A DNA stretch of 64,000 nt from NCBI GenBank assembly GCA_041687335.1, contig JAWLCE010000001.1, positions 168,619 to 232,618 of the forward strand. Direction: 5' to 3'. Below are positions 29,310 through 39,569 of the stretch, one piece after another. This stretch comes from Sumerlaeia bacterium (GTDB lineage: Bacteria; Sumerlaeota; Sumerlaeia; MVZB01). Position numbers and translations under genes: made by a program. How positions within the stretch are numbered: position 1 is the first letter of the stretch; each line of letters begins with the position of its first letter. The notes below the pieces were generated by a model. It was not told where the DNA came from. It ran no database searches and saw nothing but the letters and a program-made list of their open reading frames with translations.

Positions 29310-30011
29310 TTGAACGCGATGGAATCTCAAAACGAATGGCTGCTTGACCCGGCCGACCCGGCCTACCGGCGAGAGATCTGGTGGTGGCGGCTGACGCTTC
29401 TTCTGCTGTGGTTTGGTCTCACGATCATGCTCTTCTACTTGTTGGACCACCCAGCCTGGCTGGAGCTGGGGATCTTTCCCCTGTCGCTGTTCCTGATGCT
29501 CATCATCACGCATCACATCCATACTCGCCGGCGCGGCCGCGTTCGATTCGATGATGAGCTGATCGAGGACAGGCACGGGACACAACTGGAATGGGCGGAA
29601 ATCGAGGATGTCATTTTTCGGAACGGGGTATTACGCCTGCGAGGAAAAGAAGGCCGCGAGATCAGGTTCAGAATCATGTTTGTGGCAAATTACGAAACAC
29701 GTTTTTATCGAGAGCTGCAGCGGCGGCTGGATATTTACTTCGATCTCACCCCGCCCGGCCAGCGTCGGGATCTCTCCACGCCAAAAGCATGGCTGCGTTT
29801 TGCTTGCGAGATGATGCTGTTGGTGCTTTGGGTGGGTGGGTGCTACAGCCTGCTTTTCCTGCTGATCAAATTTGATTATGGGAGGGAATGGTGGACGGAG
29901 CCAGTGATATTTCTCTCCGTGGGTATTTTGCCGCTGGCTCCGGGAGTCCTGTTGATCATCCGGCGGGCGCGCTGGAAACCCCGCCGGCGGCCGGTGCCGC
30001 TGACGGAATAA
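29310..30011 (+). CDS. hypothetical membrane protein (two TM pairs flanking a PH-like soluble insert)
   Basis: Hydrophobic segments occur at both ends; a central charged domain (RRRGRVRFDDELIEDRHGTQLEWAEIEDVIFRNGVLRLRGKEGREIRFRI) is reminiscent of bacterial PH (bPH) domains. Confidence 0.4.
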   Translation: MNAMESQNEWLLDPADPAYRREIWWWRLTLLLLWFGLTIMLFYLLDHPAWLELGIFPLSLFLMLIITHHIHTRRRGRVRFDDELIEDRHGTQLEWAEIEDVIFRNGVLRLRGKEGREIRFRIMFVANYETRFYRELQRRLDIYFDLTPPGQRRDLSTPKAWLRFACEMMLLVLWVGGCYSLLFLLIKFDYGREWWTEPVIFLSVGILPLAPGVLLIIRRARWKPRRRPVPLTE

Positions 30012-30072
30012 AACAAGGGCGGGATTGAACCCGCCCCTGCTGGAGAACCATCCATTATCGGGGCCACGCCCG

Positions 30073-30891
30073 TCACTTCTTCTTCTTGAGCACTTCCTTC
30101 GTCGCCGCCTGGGCCCGCATCTCCATCCGCTTGTAACGCTCGTGCGTGCGCGACTGGCGGTCGATGATATCGCGAATCTCCTCGGGCGAGTCCGTCACGT
30201 TGAACAGCGCCAGATCCTCAGGGCTGATCATGCCGTCGGCCAGCATCCGCCCGCGCGTCCAGTCAAGCAGCCCCTGCCAATATTCGCTGCCGTAGAGGAT
30301 GATCGGGAAGTTCTGCATCTTGGCGGTCTGGACCAGCGTGAGCGCCTCGTAAAGCTCGTCCAGCGTCCCGAAGCCGCCCGGGAAGATCACGAATCCGCAG
30401 GCATACTTCACGAACATCATCTTGCGGATGAAGAAATAGTGGTGATTGACGATGATGTCGCAGTAGGGATTGGTCCCCTGTTCGAAGGGCAACTCGATGT
30501 TGAGCCCCACCGAGGTCGCCCCCGCCTCGCGCGCGCCCTTGTTGACCGCCTCCATGATCCCGGGCCCGCCCCCGGTGATGATCGACCAGCCATCCTTACC
30601 CAGCAGCCGGGCCGTCTCCACCGCCGCCTCGTAGAACGGAGAATCCGGCGTCACGCGGGCCGATCCGAAGAAGGTGATCGCCGGCCCGAGTTTGGCCAGC
30701 GTCTCAAAGCCCTCGACGAACTCGCCCATGATGCGGAAGACGCGCCAGGTGTCGGTCTCGGTGAAGGGCACCTGCCCGTCACCGGTGGTCAACAACTGCT
30801 CGTCGGCGGTCGGCCGACGCAGCCGCTGGTTGAGGTTAAGCTCGGGGTTGGGAAGCATCTTCCCGTTGAAATCCTTTTTCTTTGCGGTCAT
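30073..30891 (-). CDS. LOG-family cytokinin riboside 5'-monophosphate phosphoribohydrolase-like (TIGR00730-type Rossmann protein)
   Basis: The GGGPGIMEAVNKGA and PGGFGTLDELYEALTLVQT motifs are present. Start chosen at MTAKKK (30891), not the upstream track start. Confidence 0.8.
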   Translation of the reverse strand: MTAKKKDFNGKMLPNPELNLNQRLRRPTADEQLLTTGDGQVPFTETDTWRVFRIMGEFVEGFETLAKLGPAITFFGSARVTPDSPFYEAAVETARLLGKDGWSIITGGGPGIMEAVNKGAREAGATSVGLNIELPFEQGTNPYCDIIVNHHYFFIRKMMFVKYACGFVIFPGGFGTLDELYEALTLVQTAKMQNFPIILYGSEYWQGLLDWTRGRMLADGMISPEDLALFNVTDSPEEIRDIIDRQSRTHERYKRMEMRAQAATKEVLKKKK

Positions 30892-30917
30892 CGGTTCAGG
30901 TTCGCTCCATGGTTGGT

Positions 30918-31802
30918 TCAGGAATTTCGATCGGCATCGCCCGTGGGGCGATTGCCATTGGCGCGCGCGGCATGGCGCGCCTCGTGGCTGTGATAGGCAT
31001 GGAAGCCGTCCCAGTATAGCGCGCTGCCCTGCTCGTCCACCGTCGGCGGCCGCTTGCGGAAGCGCATCAGCCGCCGCTCGACGGTGAATGGCCCCGCCTT
31101 CGCCTCGCACACCGATCCCGGCTGGGCCCGGTGCTCGAGCGGCTCAAGCCCCCACCAGCGCAGCGTCGTCTCCAGCGCCCGCCGATTGAAGAACGTGCAC
31201 GAGGTCTTCTCGTAGGGGCTGTTCTCCACCGGGCAATAAAGCAGCTCGCTCTGTTCGGTCTCCGGCGTGTCCACCAGCATCGCCGACTCGATCACCAGCT
31301 CCCCGTCCATCGCCAGGCAATCGATCAGCGTGCGCAGGCCCCGGTAGGGATAGCGCAGGTGATAGAGCACGCCAAAGAACAGGATCAGGTCGTAGGGCGC
31401 CTGGGCCGCCGGGTCCAGGTCATACATGTTGAGTCGGCGCATCTGCACGCGCGACTTGAAATGCGGGATCAGCAGTTCCAGCGCTCCGCGCGAGAGGTCA
31501 TTGTCGATCGCGTCGACAGAGGCCGCGCCGCGCCGCTCCGCCTCAAAGCTGAACATCCCATCGCGGCACCCCACGTCCAGCACGCGCCGGCCGCGAAAGT
31601 TGACCCCCTCAAGCCCCGCCTTGATGAACGCCCAGCTGTCGGCGAACCCGCCGAATTCCGAACGCGTGCGCACCCCCGGCTCCAGCTCGATCTCGTGATA
31701 CCAGACATACTGGTCCACCCGTGCCTGAAGCTCGCGCTGGGCCTCGTTCAACACAAGCGGGGACGTTTTATCGGCCCGCCATTTCCGTAGCCATTTGATC
31801 AT
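30918..31802 (-). CDS. class I SAM-dependent methyltransferase
   Basis: Motif I is RRVLDVGCRDGMFSFEAERRGA and motif II/III is DLILFFGVLYHLRYP. Start chosen at MIKWLRKW. Confidence 0.65.
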   Translation of the reverse strand: MIKWLRKWRADKTSPLVLNEAQRELQARVDQYVWYHEIELEPGVRTRSEFGGFADSWAFIKAGLEGVNFRGRRVLDVGCRDGMFSFEAERRGAASVDAIDNDLSRGALELLIPHFKSRVQMRRLNMYDLDPAAQAPYDLILFFGVLYHLRYPYRGLRTLIDCLAMDGELVIESAMLVDTPETEQSELLYCPVENSPYEKTSCTFFNRRALETTLRWWGLEPLEHRAQPGSVCEAKAGPFTVERRLMRFRKRPPTVDEQGSALYWDGFHAYHSHEARHAARANGNRPTGDADRNS

Positions 31803-32080
31803 CAGCCTGGTCTTCTCCGCCGGTGGCTCTCTTGCGGCCCGTGCCGCCCCGCGACAGTCAGCTCCCATTATCGGCAACCCCACCAGTCCGCGCCAGTCGA
31901 AAGCGGCTGGCAACCGCGCCCCTTCGATCCTTCAGCCACCCGCCCAGCATCGCCTTCTCGTCTCTGCGGCCTTCGCGACAACAATGAAGAAGCCCGCCCA
32001 TCCAATGGACGCCTCGCCCGATCCACGCCGTCAGGACCTTTTTCACCGCTTGGATGTGATGATGTGGGAATGGTGCCCGC

Positions 32081-32809
32081 TCATTCGTGATTCATCGGCA
32101 CCAGGTGGGTGTGAACATGCTTGGGCTGAGCTGTTTCAGCAAGCCGGGTCAGGTCGGCGATCTGCCCGATAAACCGCCAGTGCCACGCCAGCCCGGCGAG
32201 CACAAAAAAATGGAACACCTCGTGGGACCGAAGGATGGCCGGCGCCGGGAACGGCAGCCGCACAAAGTCAATCATTGCTCCGGCCGTATAGGCCAGTGCC
32301 CCCCACAGCAGCGGGCGGATGAATACTGGCCCATGGAGGCGCGCGATGTGATAACCGGAGGCCAGTCCTGTCCAGCCCATCCCGAGGTAAAACCCCACCC
32401 CCAACCACTCGGGGATCAGCTCGAAATACGCCAGCTTGAGCGCGATCCCGATTGCCGCCAGCGTCCAGATCAGCGTCAGCATCCCCCAGCGCCACGCCCC
32501 CCGGAACAGCAGCGCGTGGATCGGCGTGAATGTGCCGGCGATCAGCGTAAAAATGGCCGCATGGTCGAGCCGTCGCAACAGCTCGCGTGTGGCCCCCGCC
32601 GCCTGGCTGTGATAGCCCGCGCTCAGCGCCAGCACCAGCAGCGCCGTCACCAAAAAAATGCCCAGCGACAGTGTCCGTCCGCCACCCCCGCCGCCACGCC
32701 GCAGCAGCCGTCCCGCCCCGGCCAGCACCGCCAGCGCCCCGATCAGGTGCGTCAGGCAGCTGAGCGGCTCGTTCAATCCCAGGAGTGGTGCCACGGCTGG
32801 CTCTGTCAC
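32081..32809 (-). CDS. hemolysin III/PAQR-family membrane protein
   Basis: Seven predicted TM segments. The C-terminal motif is HEVFHFFVLAGLAWHW and the upstream motif is HAAIFTLIAGTFTP. Confidence 0.7.
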   Translation of the reverse strand: MTEPAVAPLLGLNEPLSCLTHLIGALAVLAGAGRLLRRGGGGGGRTLSLGIFLVTALLVLALSAGYHSQAAGATRELLRRLDHAAIFTLIAGTFTPIHALLFRGAWRWGMLTLIWTLAAIGIALKLAYFELIPEWLGVGFYLGMGWTGLASGYHIARLHGPVFIRPLLWGALAYTAGAMIDFVRLPFPAPAILRSHEVFHFFVLAGLAWHWRFIGQIADLTRLAETAQPKHVHTHLVPMNHE

Positions 32810-32925
32810 GGCAAGCGACCACCTATCTCTCGATTTTGACCGGGAAAGAAATATTCTGGCTCATCCGCGCACGAAGTGTCAACCTGTGGCAAGATACTAT
32901 CCGGCCAAGGACCATAGCCCTAACC

Positions 32926-33831
32926 ATGACCAACTTCCCCACGCCCTCCTTTCTTCAGCTGCAGATGCGGCTCAAGGAATTCCACCAGAGCCGCCGGCTG
33001 GGCCAGCACTTCCTCGTCGACGCGGCGCTGCTCAACCGCATCGCCGACGCCCTCGGCTCCGGTCCCGATTCAGCGGTGATCGAGATCGGCCCGGGCCCGG
33101 GCACGCTCACCTCGGCGCTGGCCGCCCGAGCGGGCGCGGTGACGGCCGTTGAATTCGACCAGCGCCTTTGCCCGCTCCATGCCGACGCCTTCGGCACCTT
33201 CAACCAGGTGCGATTCATTTATGAGGATGCCCTGCACGTGGACCTGGCCGGGCTCGCCCGCTCCCGCATGACAGAGGCGGCCCTCACGCGCGCCCAGTTG
33301 ACCGGCAACCTGCCGTTCCAGATCACCTCGCCGCTGCTGTTCGCCCAATGCGCCCCCGACCTGCCCTGGTCGCGCATGGTCTTCATGGTCCAGCGCGAGG
33401 TCGCCGACCGCATCCTCAGCCCCCCCGGGCCTAAGGACTATGGCGTGCTGTCGGTCAAGCTGGCGCTGTGGTGGCGTGTGCGTCGGCTGATGGACGTGGC
33501 CGCCGGCCGGTTCGTCCCGCCCCCCCGCGTCGATGCCACCGTTCTGGTCTTCGAGCCCCTCCCCGCTGCCGAGCAGCCCCCCGCCGAGCAGTGGAAGGGC
33601 CTCTCCATGCTGATCGACGCATGCTTCAATCAACGCCGCAAGAAGCTGGTCAACTCGCTGACGGCGCGCTGGCCGACCCTGGCGGACAAGGACAAGGTAG
33701 TCGCGGCGCTGGCGGAACTGGGTTACGACGGCAACACCCGCGCCGAGGTCCTCGCCCCCCCCCTGTTTCGCACGCTCTACGAGCGGCTGGCCGTCCCGGC
33801 CCGACCGCCGGAGAATCATCACGGCGATTGA
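32926..33831 (+). CDS. rsmA: 16S rRNA (adenine1518/1519-N6)-dimethyltransferase
   Basis: LGQHFLVD and EIGPGPGTLTSALA are KsgA/RsmA hallmark motifs. Start at the internal Met at 32926. Confidence 0.8.
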   Translation: MTNFPTPSFLQLQMRLKEFHQSRRLGQHFLVDAALLNRIADALGSGPDSAVIEIGPGPGTLTSALAARAGAVTAVEFDQRLCPLHADAFGTFNQVRFIYEDALHVDLAGLARSRMTEAALTRAQLTGNLPFQITSPLLFAQCAPDLPWSRMVFMVQREVADRILSPPGPKDYGVLSVKLALWWRVRRLMDVAAGRFVPPPRVDATVLVFEPLPAAEQPPAEQWKGLSMLIDACFNQRRKKLVNSLTARWPTLADKDKVVAALAELGYDGNTRAEVLAPPLFRTLYERLAVPARPPENHHGD

Positions 33832-33909
33832 CAGCGGCGCTCCGCAGTCGGGATCATGATTCCCAGCCGCCCCGCCGCAAGCGGCCAACTCACCCAAGGC
33901 AGGCTTGAG

Positions 33910-34938
33910 ATGAACACCCCATCGCACCTTCGCCCCATTTTTTCGGTGCTGATCCTTGCCATACTGGCCATCGGCCATCTCGGCTGCCGCCGCGGCCCCG
34001 AGCTGCGCGACCACGTCTGGACGACGGCCCCGACCGAGACCACCCCCGCCCCGCCGGCGGCCTGGACGCCAGCTCCAACCCCGACCCCCACGCCGCGGCC
34101 GACACCGGCTCCGACCCCGCGGCCCACACCGGCGCCGACACCAGTCCCGACCCCCGCGTCCACTCCCGCGCCGCCCCCGGCCCCGGTTGAGACGCCCGAA
34201 GAATTTCCGATGATCTACCCGCGCAGCATGCCAACCCCGGCGCCGCCCCCCGCACCCACGCCCGCTCAGACGCCAACCCTTGGCCCGACGGCCACCCCCC
34301 CGGCCGCGGCCTCATCGACGCGTCCCTACCCGCGCGTGCGCGTCGGGGTGGCCAATAACTCCGCGAGTGATCCCGCCTTCGCCGCATTCCGCCGTCAGCT
34401 CGAGGAGATTGTCGCCCGCCGCGACCTGAACGCCCTCATGCCGCTGGTCGATGCCGAACGCATCGGCCACAGCCAGTTCCTCGAGCGCTGGCAGCTGACC
34501 TACAACCCCCGCCAGAGCCCCCTCTGGGACGAGCTGGCCCAGCTCCTCCGGCTCGGCGCGCGCCCCGATAGCAACGGGTGGACGATGCCCGCGCTCGACT
34601 TTTCGACCCCCGGCGCCGACCGCGTCCTTGAGGAGCACATCCCCCCCGCCGAGCGCGGCATCATCATCGGCACCATGGTCAACGTCCGCGCCGAGCCCGG
34701 CACCCGCGCCGACCTGATCGACCAGCTCGCCTGGGAGGTCGTGCGCCTGGATGGACCGCCCGACCCCGCCACCAGCATGCGCATCGGCGAGGAGACGCAC
34801 CCCTGGCAGCGCATCGTGCTGCATTCGGGTCAGACCGGCTGGGTCTGGGGCAAGTATATCCGCCCGTGGAACGGCACTCGCGCCATGATCGAGCGCAGCG
34901 GCAGCGAGTTCAAGCTGACGCGTTTCGAATCACAGTAG
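33910..34938 (+). CDS. Pro/Thr-rich envelope protein with C-terminal SH3b-like domain
   Basis: An N-terminal membrane anchor or lipoprotein-like signal (ILAILAIGHLGC) is followed by a ~130-aa PTPAPTPRPT low-complexity linker. The C-terminus has the SH3b-like WQRIVLHSGQTGWVWGKYI. Confidence 0.45.
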   Translation: MNTPSHLRPIFSVLILAILAIGHLGCRRGPELRDHVWTTAPTETTPAPPAAWTPAPTPTPTPRPTPAPTPRPTPAPTPVPTPASTPAPPPAPVETPEEFPMIYPRSMPTPAPPPAPTPAQTPTLGPTATPPAAASSTRPYPRVRVGVANNSASDPAFAAFRRQLEEIVARRDLNALMPLVDAERIGHSQFLERWQLTYNPRQSPLWDELAQLLRLGARPDSNGWTMPALDFSTPGADRVLEEHIPPAERGIIIGTMVNVRAEPGTRADLIDQLAWEVVRLDGPPDPATSMRIGEETHPWQRIVLHSGQTGWVWGKYIRPWNGTRAMIERSGSEFKLTRFESQ

Positions 34939-35054
34939 CCCGCGTCAACACCTGAGGGGCGTTGGCGGGATTGACATCATTTCGGGTTTGCCAGCCTTGG
35001 TCTCCGCCCGATATGATCCGCCATGTATGGGTTCGGCCAAGGAAGGAACGGTTC

Positions 35055-35945
35055 ATGGGGAATGTCTGGATCGCGCTGGGTCTGACTTTATTTGCCGGCA
35101 TGGCAACCGGGATTGGCAGCATCATTGCCTTCACGGCCCAGCGCACCAACTTTCGCTATTTATCGGTGGCTACCGGGTTCTCGGCCGGCGTCATGCTATA
35201 CGTCTCGTTCGTGGAGATCTTCTTCAAGGGTAACGAGGCGCTGGTTATAAGCTTCGGCGACCCCTGGGGACACTGGATCAATGTTGCATCCTTTTTCGGC
35301 GGTATGTTGCTGATTGGCCTGATCGACAATCTCATCCCCACCGCCGAGAATCCACACGAGGTCCATTCGGAGACAGAACGACGGCCGCTGCATGACATAT
35401 CGGCACCAGAACCGGATTTCAAGGCGGTCGATAATCATCAGCCCAATCTGCACGATCATAGCCCGCATCATCGCAAGCTGATGCGAATGGGGCTGTTCAC
35501 CGCGCTGGCCATCGGCATTCATAACTTTCCTGAGGGGCTGGCGACATTTCTCGCGGCGCTGCACGACCCGGCGCTTGGCGTGGCCATTGCCCTGGCGATC
35601 GCGCTGCACAACATCCCCGAAGGCATCAGCGTTTCGATACCAATCTACTACGCCACTGGAAATCGCAAGCAGGCCTTCCTCTACTCCGCGATCAGCGGTC
35701 TGGCGGAGCCAGTCGGCGCCATGATCGGATACCTCGTCATCAGCATCTTCTTGAGCGGCGATACCAACGGGATACCCCCGCAGGTGATGGGGATCCTCTT
35801 CGGCGGCGTGGCGGGCATCATGGTCTACATCAGCCTGGACGAATTGCTCCCCACCAGCAAGGCCTACGGCAAGGGCCATGACAGCCTTTACGGCCTGGTC
35901 TCGGGCATGATGGTGATGGCCTTGAGCCTGCTGCTGATGCGATGA
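35055..35945 (+). CDS. zupT: ZIP-family zinc transporter ZupT
   Basis: [10 protein letters not shown] and [18 protein letters not shown] metal-binding motifs are present, with eight TM segments. RBS GGAAGGAACGG. Confidence 0.8.
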   Translation: MGNVWIALGLTLFAGMATGIGSIIAFTAQRTNFRYLSVATGFSAGVMLYVSFVEIFFKGNEALVISFGDPWGHWINVASFFGGMLLIGLIDNLIPTAENPHEVHSETERRPLHDISAPEPDFKAVDNHQPNLHDHSPHHRKLMRMGLFTALAIGIHNFPEGLATFLAALHDPALGVAIALAIALHNIPEGISVSIPIYYATGNRKQAFLYSAISGLAEPVGAMIGYLVISIFLSGDTNGIPPQVMGILFGGVAGIMVYISLDELLPTSKAYGKGHDSLYGLVSGMMVMALSLLLMR

Positions 35946-36027
35946 AAAAGAACAGGCCTCCTCATGCAGGAGGCCGCAGTGACCGGCAAATCCATTCCCA
36001 ACCCTACAAAGAAAGGCAGTCCGACTT

Positions 36028-36798
36028 ATGAGCCAGCCCGTCTCGATCATGCCATGCCTCGACATGCAGAACGGCCGCGTCGTCAAGGGGGTCCACTTCG
36101 TCGACATCCGCGACGCAGGCGATCCGGTCGAATGTGCCCGAGCCTATTGCCAGGCCGGCGCCGACGAGCTGGCGCTGCTCGACATCACGGCGACGGTCGA
36201 GGGCCGCGCAACGATGCTCGAGGTGGTGCGCCGGGTGGCCGGGGCGGTCACGGTGCCCTTCACCGTCGGCGGCGGCATCAGCGACCTCAAGGTCGCTTCG
36301 GCCGTCATCGAGGCCGGCGCCGACAAGGTCTCCATCAGCAGCGCCGCCTTCCGCAACCCCGAGTTGGTCGGCGAGCTGGTGCGCGAGCTGGGGGGGGAGC
36401 GCGTGACCGTCGCCATTGACGTCGATCGCAACCCGGCGCTGCCGTCAGGCTATGAGGTCTACATCGACGGGGGCCGCACCGCCACCGGCGCCGATGCCGT
36501 AGAATTCGCGCGTAAAATCGATTCCTTTGGCGCCGCCACGATCCTGCCCACCAGCAAGGCCGGCGACGGCGCCCGCACCGGTTATGACCTGCCGATCATC
36601 CGTGCCATCGCCGCCGCCACCGGCGCCCGCGTCGTCGCCTCGGGCGGGGCCGGCACCCTCGAGCACTTCCATGAGGCCGTCGAGGCCGGCGCGACGATCC
36701 TGCTCGCCGCATCGGTGTTCCACTTCCACATCATCGACATCCCGCAACTGAAGGCCTACCTGCAGCAGCGCGGCGTGGAGGTCCTCGCCCCCCGCTGA
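36028..36798 (+). CDS. hisF: imidazole glycerol phosphate synthase cyclase subunit HisF
   Basis: Full-length TIM-barrel HisF (IMPCLDMQNGRVVKGVHF ... VGGGISD ... ASGGAGTLEHF). Confidence 0.9.
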   Translation: MSQPVSIMPCLDMQNGRVVKGVHFVDIRDAGDPVECARAYCQAGADELALLDITATVEGRATMLEVVRRVAGAVTVPFTVGGGISDLKVASAVIEAGADKVSISSAAFRNPELVGELVRELGGERVTVAIDVDRNPALPSGYEVYIDGGRTATGADAVEFARKIDSFGAATILPTSKAGDGARTGYDLPIIRAIAAATGARVVASGGAGTLEHFHEAVEAGATILLAASVFHFHIIDIPQLKAYLQQRGVEVLAPR

Positions 36799-36892
36799 CA
36801 CGCTCAAGTGCTGGCCCGAATGCAAAGACGCCGGGGGTGCCAATCGCCCCCGGCGTTATCTTTCATCATCGGCGGCGGGCGCCGCGCCCGCT

Positions 36893-37111
36893 CTATTTTC
36901 GCAAAAACAGGTTGAGCAGGATCGTCAGGATGAGGCTCACCAGCAGCATCGTCACAATCGGGATAGAAACACTCCAGCGCCGCCCCTCCAGGTGGATGTC
37001 GCCCGGCAGCCGCCCCAGCGGCAGGCCCAGCCGCCCGGCAAGCCAGAGCCCCCCGCCCACCACGATCAGGACCACCCCCAGCACCATCAGGCCGACGGCC
37101 AGGTCGCGCAT
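36893..37111 (-). CDS. DUF2905-like small membrane protein
   Basis: A 72-aa two-TM protein with the LPGDIHLEGRRWSVSIPI motif characteristic of DUF2905 as I recall it. Confidence 0.45.
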   Translation of the reverse strand: MRDLAVGLMVLGVVLIVVGGGLWLAGRLGLPLGRLPGDIHLEGRRWSVSIPIVTMLLVSLILTILLNLFLRK

Positions 37112-37123
37112 CTGCGGCCCTCC

Positions 37124-38557
37124 CTATTCCACGCCCGGGGCAAGGTTGACGAACTGGGTGAACTCGCCCTGGAACAGCATCTCGAAGTCGCCCACCGGAC
37201 CGTTACGCTGCTTGCCGATGCGCAGGGTGGCCAGTTCGGGCGGGGGCGGCCCGTCGTGGGGCGTCATGTCGCGCTCGCGGTGGATGAACATCACAAGGTC
37301 CGCGTCCTGCTCGATCGCGCCCGATTCGCGCAGGTCCGACAGGCGCGGCATCTTGTCCTTGGTGCCGCGCCGCTGCTCGCTCTGGCGGCTGAGCTGGCTG
37401 AGCGCGATGATTGGAATCTCCAGCTCGCGCGCCAGCCCCTTGATCGAGCGGCTGATCTCGGTGACTTCCTGTTGGCGGTTGTCATAGCGCGCCCCGCCGC
37501 CGTTCATCAGTTGCAGGTAGTCGACGATGATCAGCGCCAGCTCCGGGCAGCGCGACTTGAGGCGCCGCGCGCGCGCGCGCATCTCGAGCGCCGTCAGGCT
37601 GGAGCTGTCATCGATATGCAGCGGGGCCGCATCCAGCCGCCCGCCCGTTTCATGCAGCAGGTCCAGCTCGGCGCGCCGCAGCGGCTTGCCCCCCAGCACC
37701 CGCCCCATCGGAACGTGCGCCTCCGAGCAGAGAATACGCGTCGTCAGTTCCCCCGCCGACATTTCCAGAGAAAAAATCCCCACCGCCTTGCCGCGCCGCA
37801 GCGCCACGTGCGAGGCAATGTTGAGCGCGAACGCCGTCTTGCCCATCGAGGGACGCGCCGCCAAAATGATCAGGTTGCTCGGCCGCAGGCCGCCGGTCAT
37901 CTGGTCCAGCCTCTCAAAGCCCGTCTCCAGGCCCGGCAGACCGCCGCCGCTGCGCGTGCGCTCCTCGATCTCGGTCAGCTGCTGCGCCAGCACCGTGCCG
38001 ATGTCGACAAAATCCTGCTGGCGCTGGTCTTGCGCGATCGCGAAGATGCTCTGCTCGGCGCGCTCGACCAGCGTTTCCACCCCGGCATCGGTGTGGGCCG
38101 CCTGTTCGGCGATCGACTGCGCCGCCCGGATCAGTCGCCTTAGCCGCCACTTTTCGACCACGATCTTCGCATACTCGGGCACATGCCCCAGCGAGAAGAT
38201 GTCTTCCTCCAGCCCCGCCAGCGCCGCCGGCCCCCCGACCGCCTCCAGCTGCCCGCGCATCAGCAGCCGCTCCGCGACCGTCGTCAGGTCGATCGCCCCG
38301 CCCGACTCATACAGCTCGACGATCGCCCCGAAGATCTGCTGGTGGGCCTGGCTGAAGAACAGCGGCTCCTCGCTGGACCCCCGCCGGCGGCCGCTCTCGC
38401 CCGCCGTGCGCGCCTCGGCCACCGCCGCCGGCGGCAACTGTTCGAGCGCCACGTCGATCTTGCGCGGGTCGAGCACCAGCCCGCCCAGCAGCGCACGCTC
38501 GGCCTCAAGGTTATGGGGCAGTTGCGCCCCGCGCGGCTCCAGTATCGCCTCAGCCAT
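37124..38557 (-). CDS. dnaB: replicative DNA helicase DnaB
   Basis: The N-terminus has PHNLEAERALLGG. Walker A is ARPSMGKTAFALN, followed by H2/H3/H4 motifs (IVDYLQLM, SQLSRQSEQR). Confidence 0.9.
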   Translation of the reverse strand: MAEAILEPRGAQLPHNLEAERALLGGLVLDPRKIDVALEQLPPAAVAEARTAGESGRRRGSSEEPLFFSQAHQQIFGAIVELYESGGAIDLTTVAERLLMRGQLEAVGGPAALAGLEEDIFSLGHVPEYAKIVVEKWRLRRLIRAAQSIAEQAAHTDAGVETLVERAEQSIFAIAQDQRQQDFVDIGTVLAQQLTEIEERTRSGGGLPGLETGFERLDQMTGGLRPSNLIILAARPSMGKTAFALNIASHVALRRGKAVGIFSLEMSAGELTTRILCSEAHVPMGRVLGGKPLRRAELDLLHETGGRLDAAPLHIDDSSSLTALEMRARARRLKSRCPELALIIVDYLQLMNGGGARYDNRQQEVTEISRSIKGLARELEIPIIALSQLSRQSEQRRGTKDKMPRLSDLRESGAIEQDADLVMFIHRERDMTPHDGPPPPELATLRIGKQRNGPVGDFEMLFQGEFTQFVNLAPGVE

Positions 38558-38690
38558 GGCCCAACCGCCCGAAATCATTCAGCATTTTATTCACAGCTTG
38601 TTCACAGGGTCCCGTCATTTCGTTGCCTCTTTGAGCGGGGGCAGATCATAACGCAAACCCGCCGCCTCCGCAACCGTGGCTGTTTGGCCC

Positions 38691-38719
38691 TTGCAAATCG
38701 TTCCGGATCTGGCTTAATA
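38691..38719 (+). promoter_or_regulatory. putative sigma70 promoter TTGCAA-N17-TTAATA upstream of rpe-coaD
   Basis: TTGCAA at 38691-38696 and TTAATA at 38714-38719 are separated by exactly 17 nt. The site lies in the divergent dnaB/rpe intergenic region. Confidence 0.3.
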
Positions 38720-38890
38720 GGACGCTGGCACCGCCGCGGGAGGTCCGATGAATACCCCCCCGCGCCCGCGCCGCCCGCTCCGCTCCACCAGGAAAAGAGA
38801 ACCCTTGCCGTGCCCAAAACCCTCCCCGCGCCCTCCGCGCCCAATGATATTTTCAAGCCCTATCCCACCGACGGCGGCAAGCGCCCCGCG

Positions 38891-39568
38891 GTGGAGATCG
38901 CCCCCTCGATGCTCAGCAGCAACTTCGCCCGTGCCGACCGCGAGCTGGCCCTGTGCCGCCGCGCGCGGGCACGCTGGATCCACATCGATGTCATGGACGG
39001 CCACTTCGTTCCCAACCTGACGCTCGGGCCGCCGATCCTGCGCAAGTGGTCCGCCGCCGAGCCCGAACTCTTCTACGACACCCATCTGATGATTGAAAAC
39101 CCGCTGGCGCTTGCCGAGGAATTCGTCAAGGCCGGCTCCGGCATCCTCACACTGCACATCGAGACCCTCGCCAACCCCCGCCGCGACCTGCGCGCGGTGC
39201 GTCGGCTTGGCGTGCGCGTCGGCATCACGCTCAAGCCCAAGACCCCCGTGCGCGAGATCCTCCCGCTGCTGGGCGAGGTCGACATGGTGCTGGTCATGAC
39301 CGTCGAGCCCGGCTTCGGCGGCCAGCAGATCATCCCCAAGGCCCTCAACAAGGTCCGCGAGCTGGATCTTGAGCGCCGCAAGGGGGGCCACCGCTTCCGC
39401 CTCCAGGTCGACGGCGGCATCAATCTGGAGACCGCCCCAATGGCGGTGGCGGCCGGAGCCGACGTGCTCGTCGCCGGCAACGCCGTCTTCAGCGGCCATG
39501 TCGGCGACAACATCAAGGGCCTGCGCGCGGCCGCCGCCCACGCCATCCGTCCGGCCAACGGCGGCTGA
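38891..39568 (+). CDS. rpe: ribulose-phosphate 3-epimerase
   Basis: VEIAPSMLSSNFARAD...DVMDGHFVPNLTLGP...MTVEPGFGGQ is canonical Rpe. The likely GTG start at 38891 gives (M)EIAPSML; the first ATG is at 38909. Confidence 0.8.
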   Translation: MEIAPSMLSSNFARADRELALCRRARARWIHIDVMDGHFVPNLTLGPPILRKWSAAEPELFYDTHLMIENPLALAEEFVKAGSGILTLHIETLANPRRDLRAVRRLGVRVGITLKPKTPVREILPLLGEVDMVLVMTVEPGFGGQQIIPKALNKVRELDLERRKGGHRFRLQVDGGINLETAPMAVAAGADVLVAGNAVFSGHVGDNIKGLRAAAAHAIRPANGG

Positions 39569-39569
39569 C

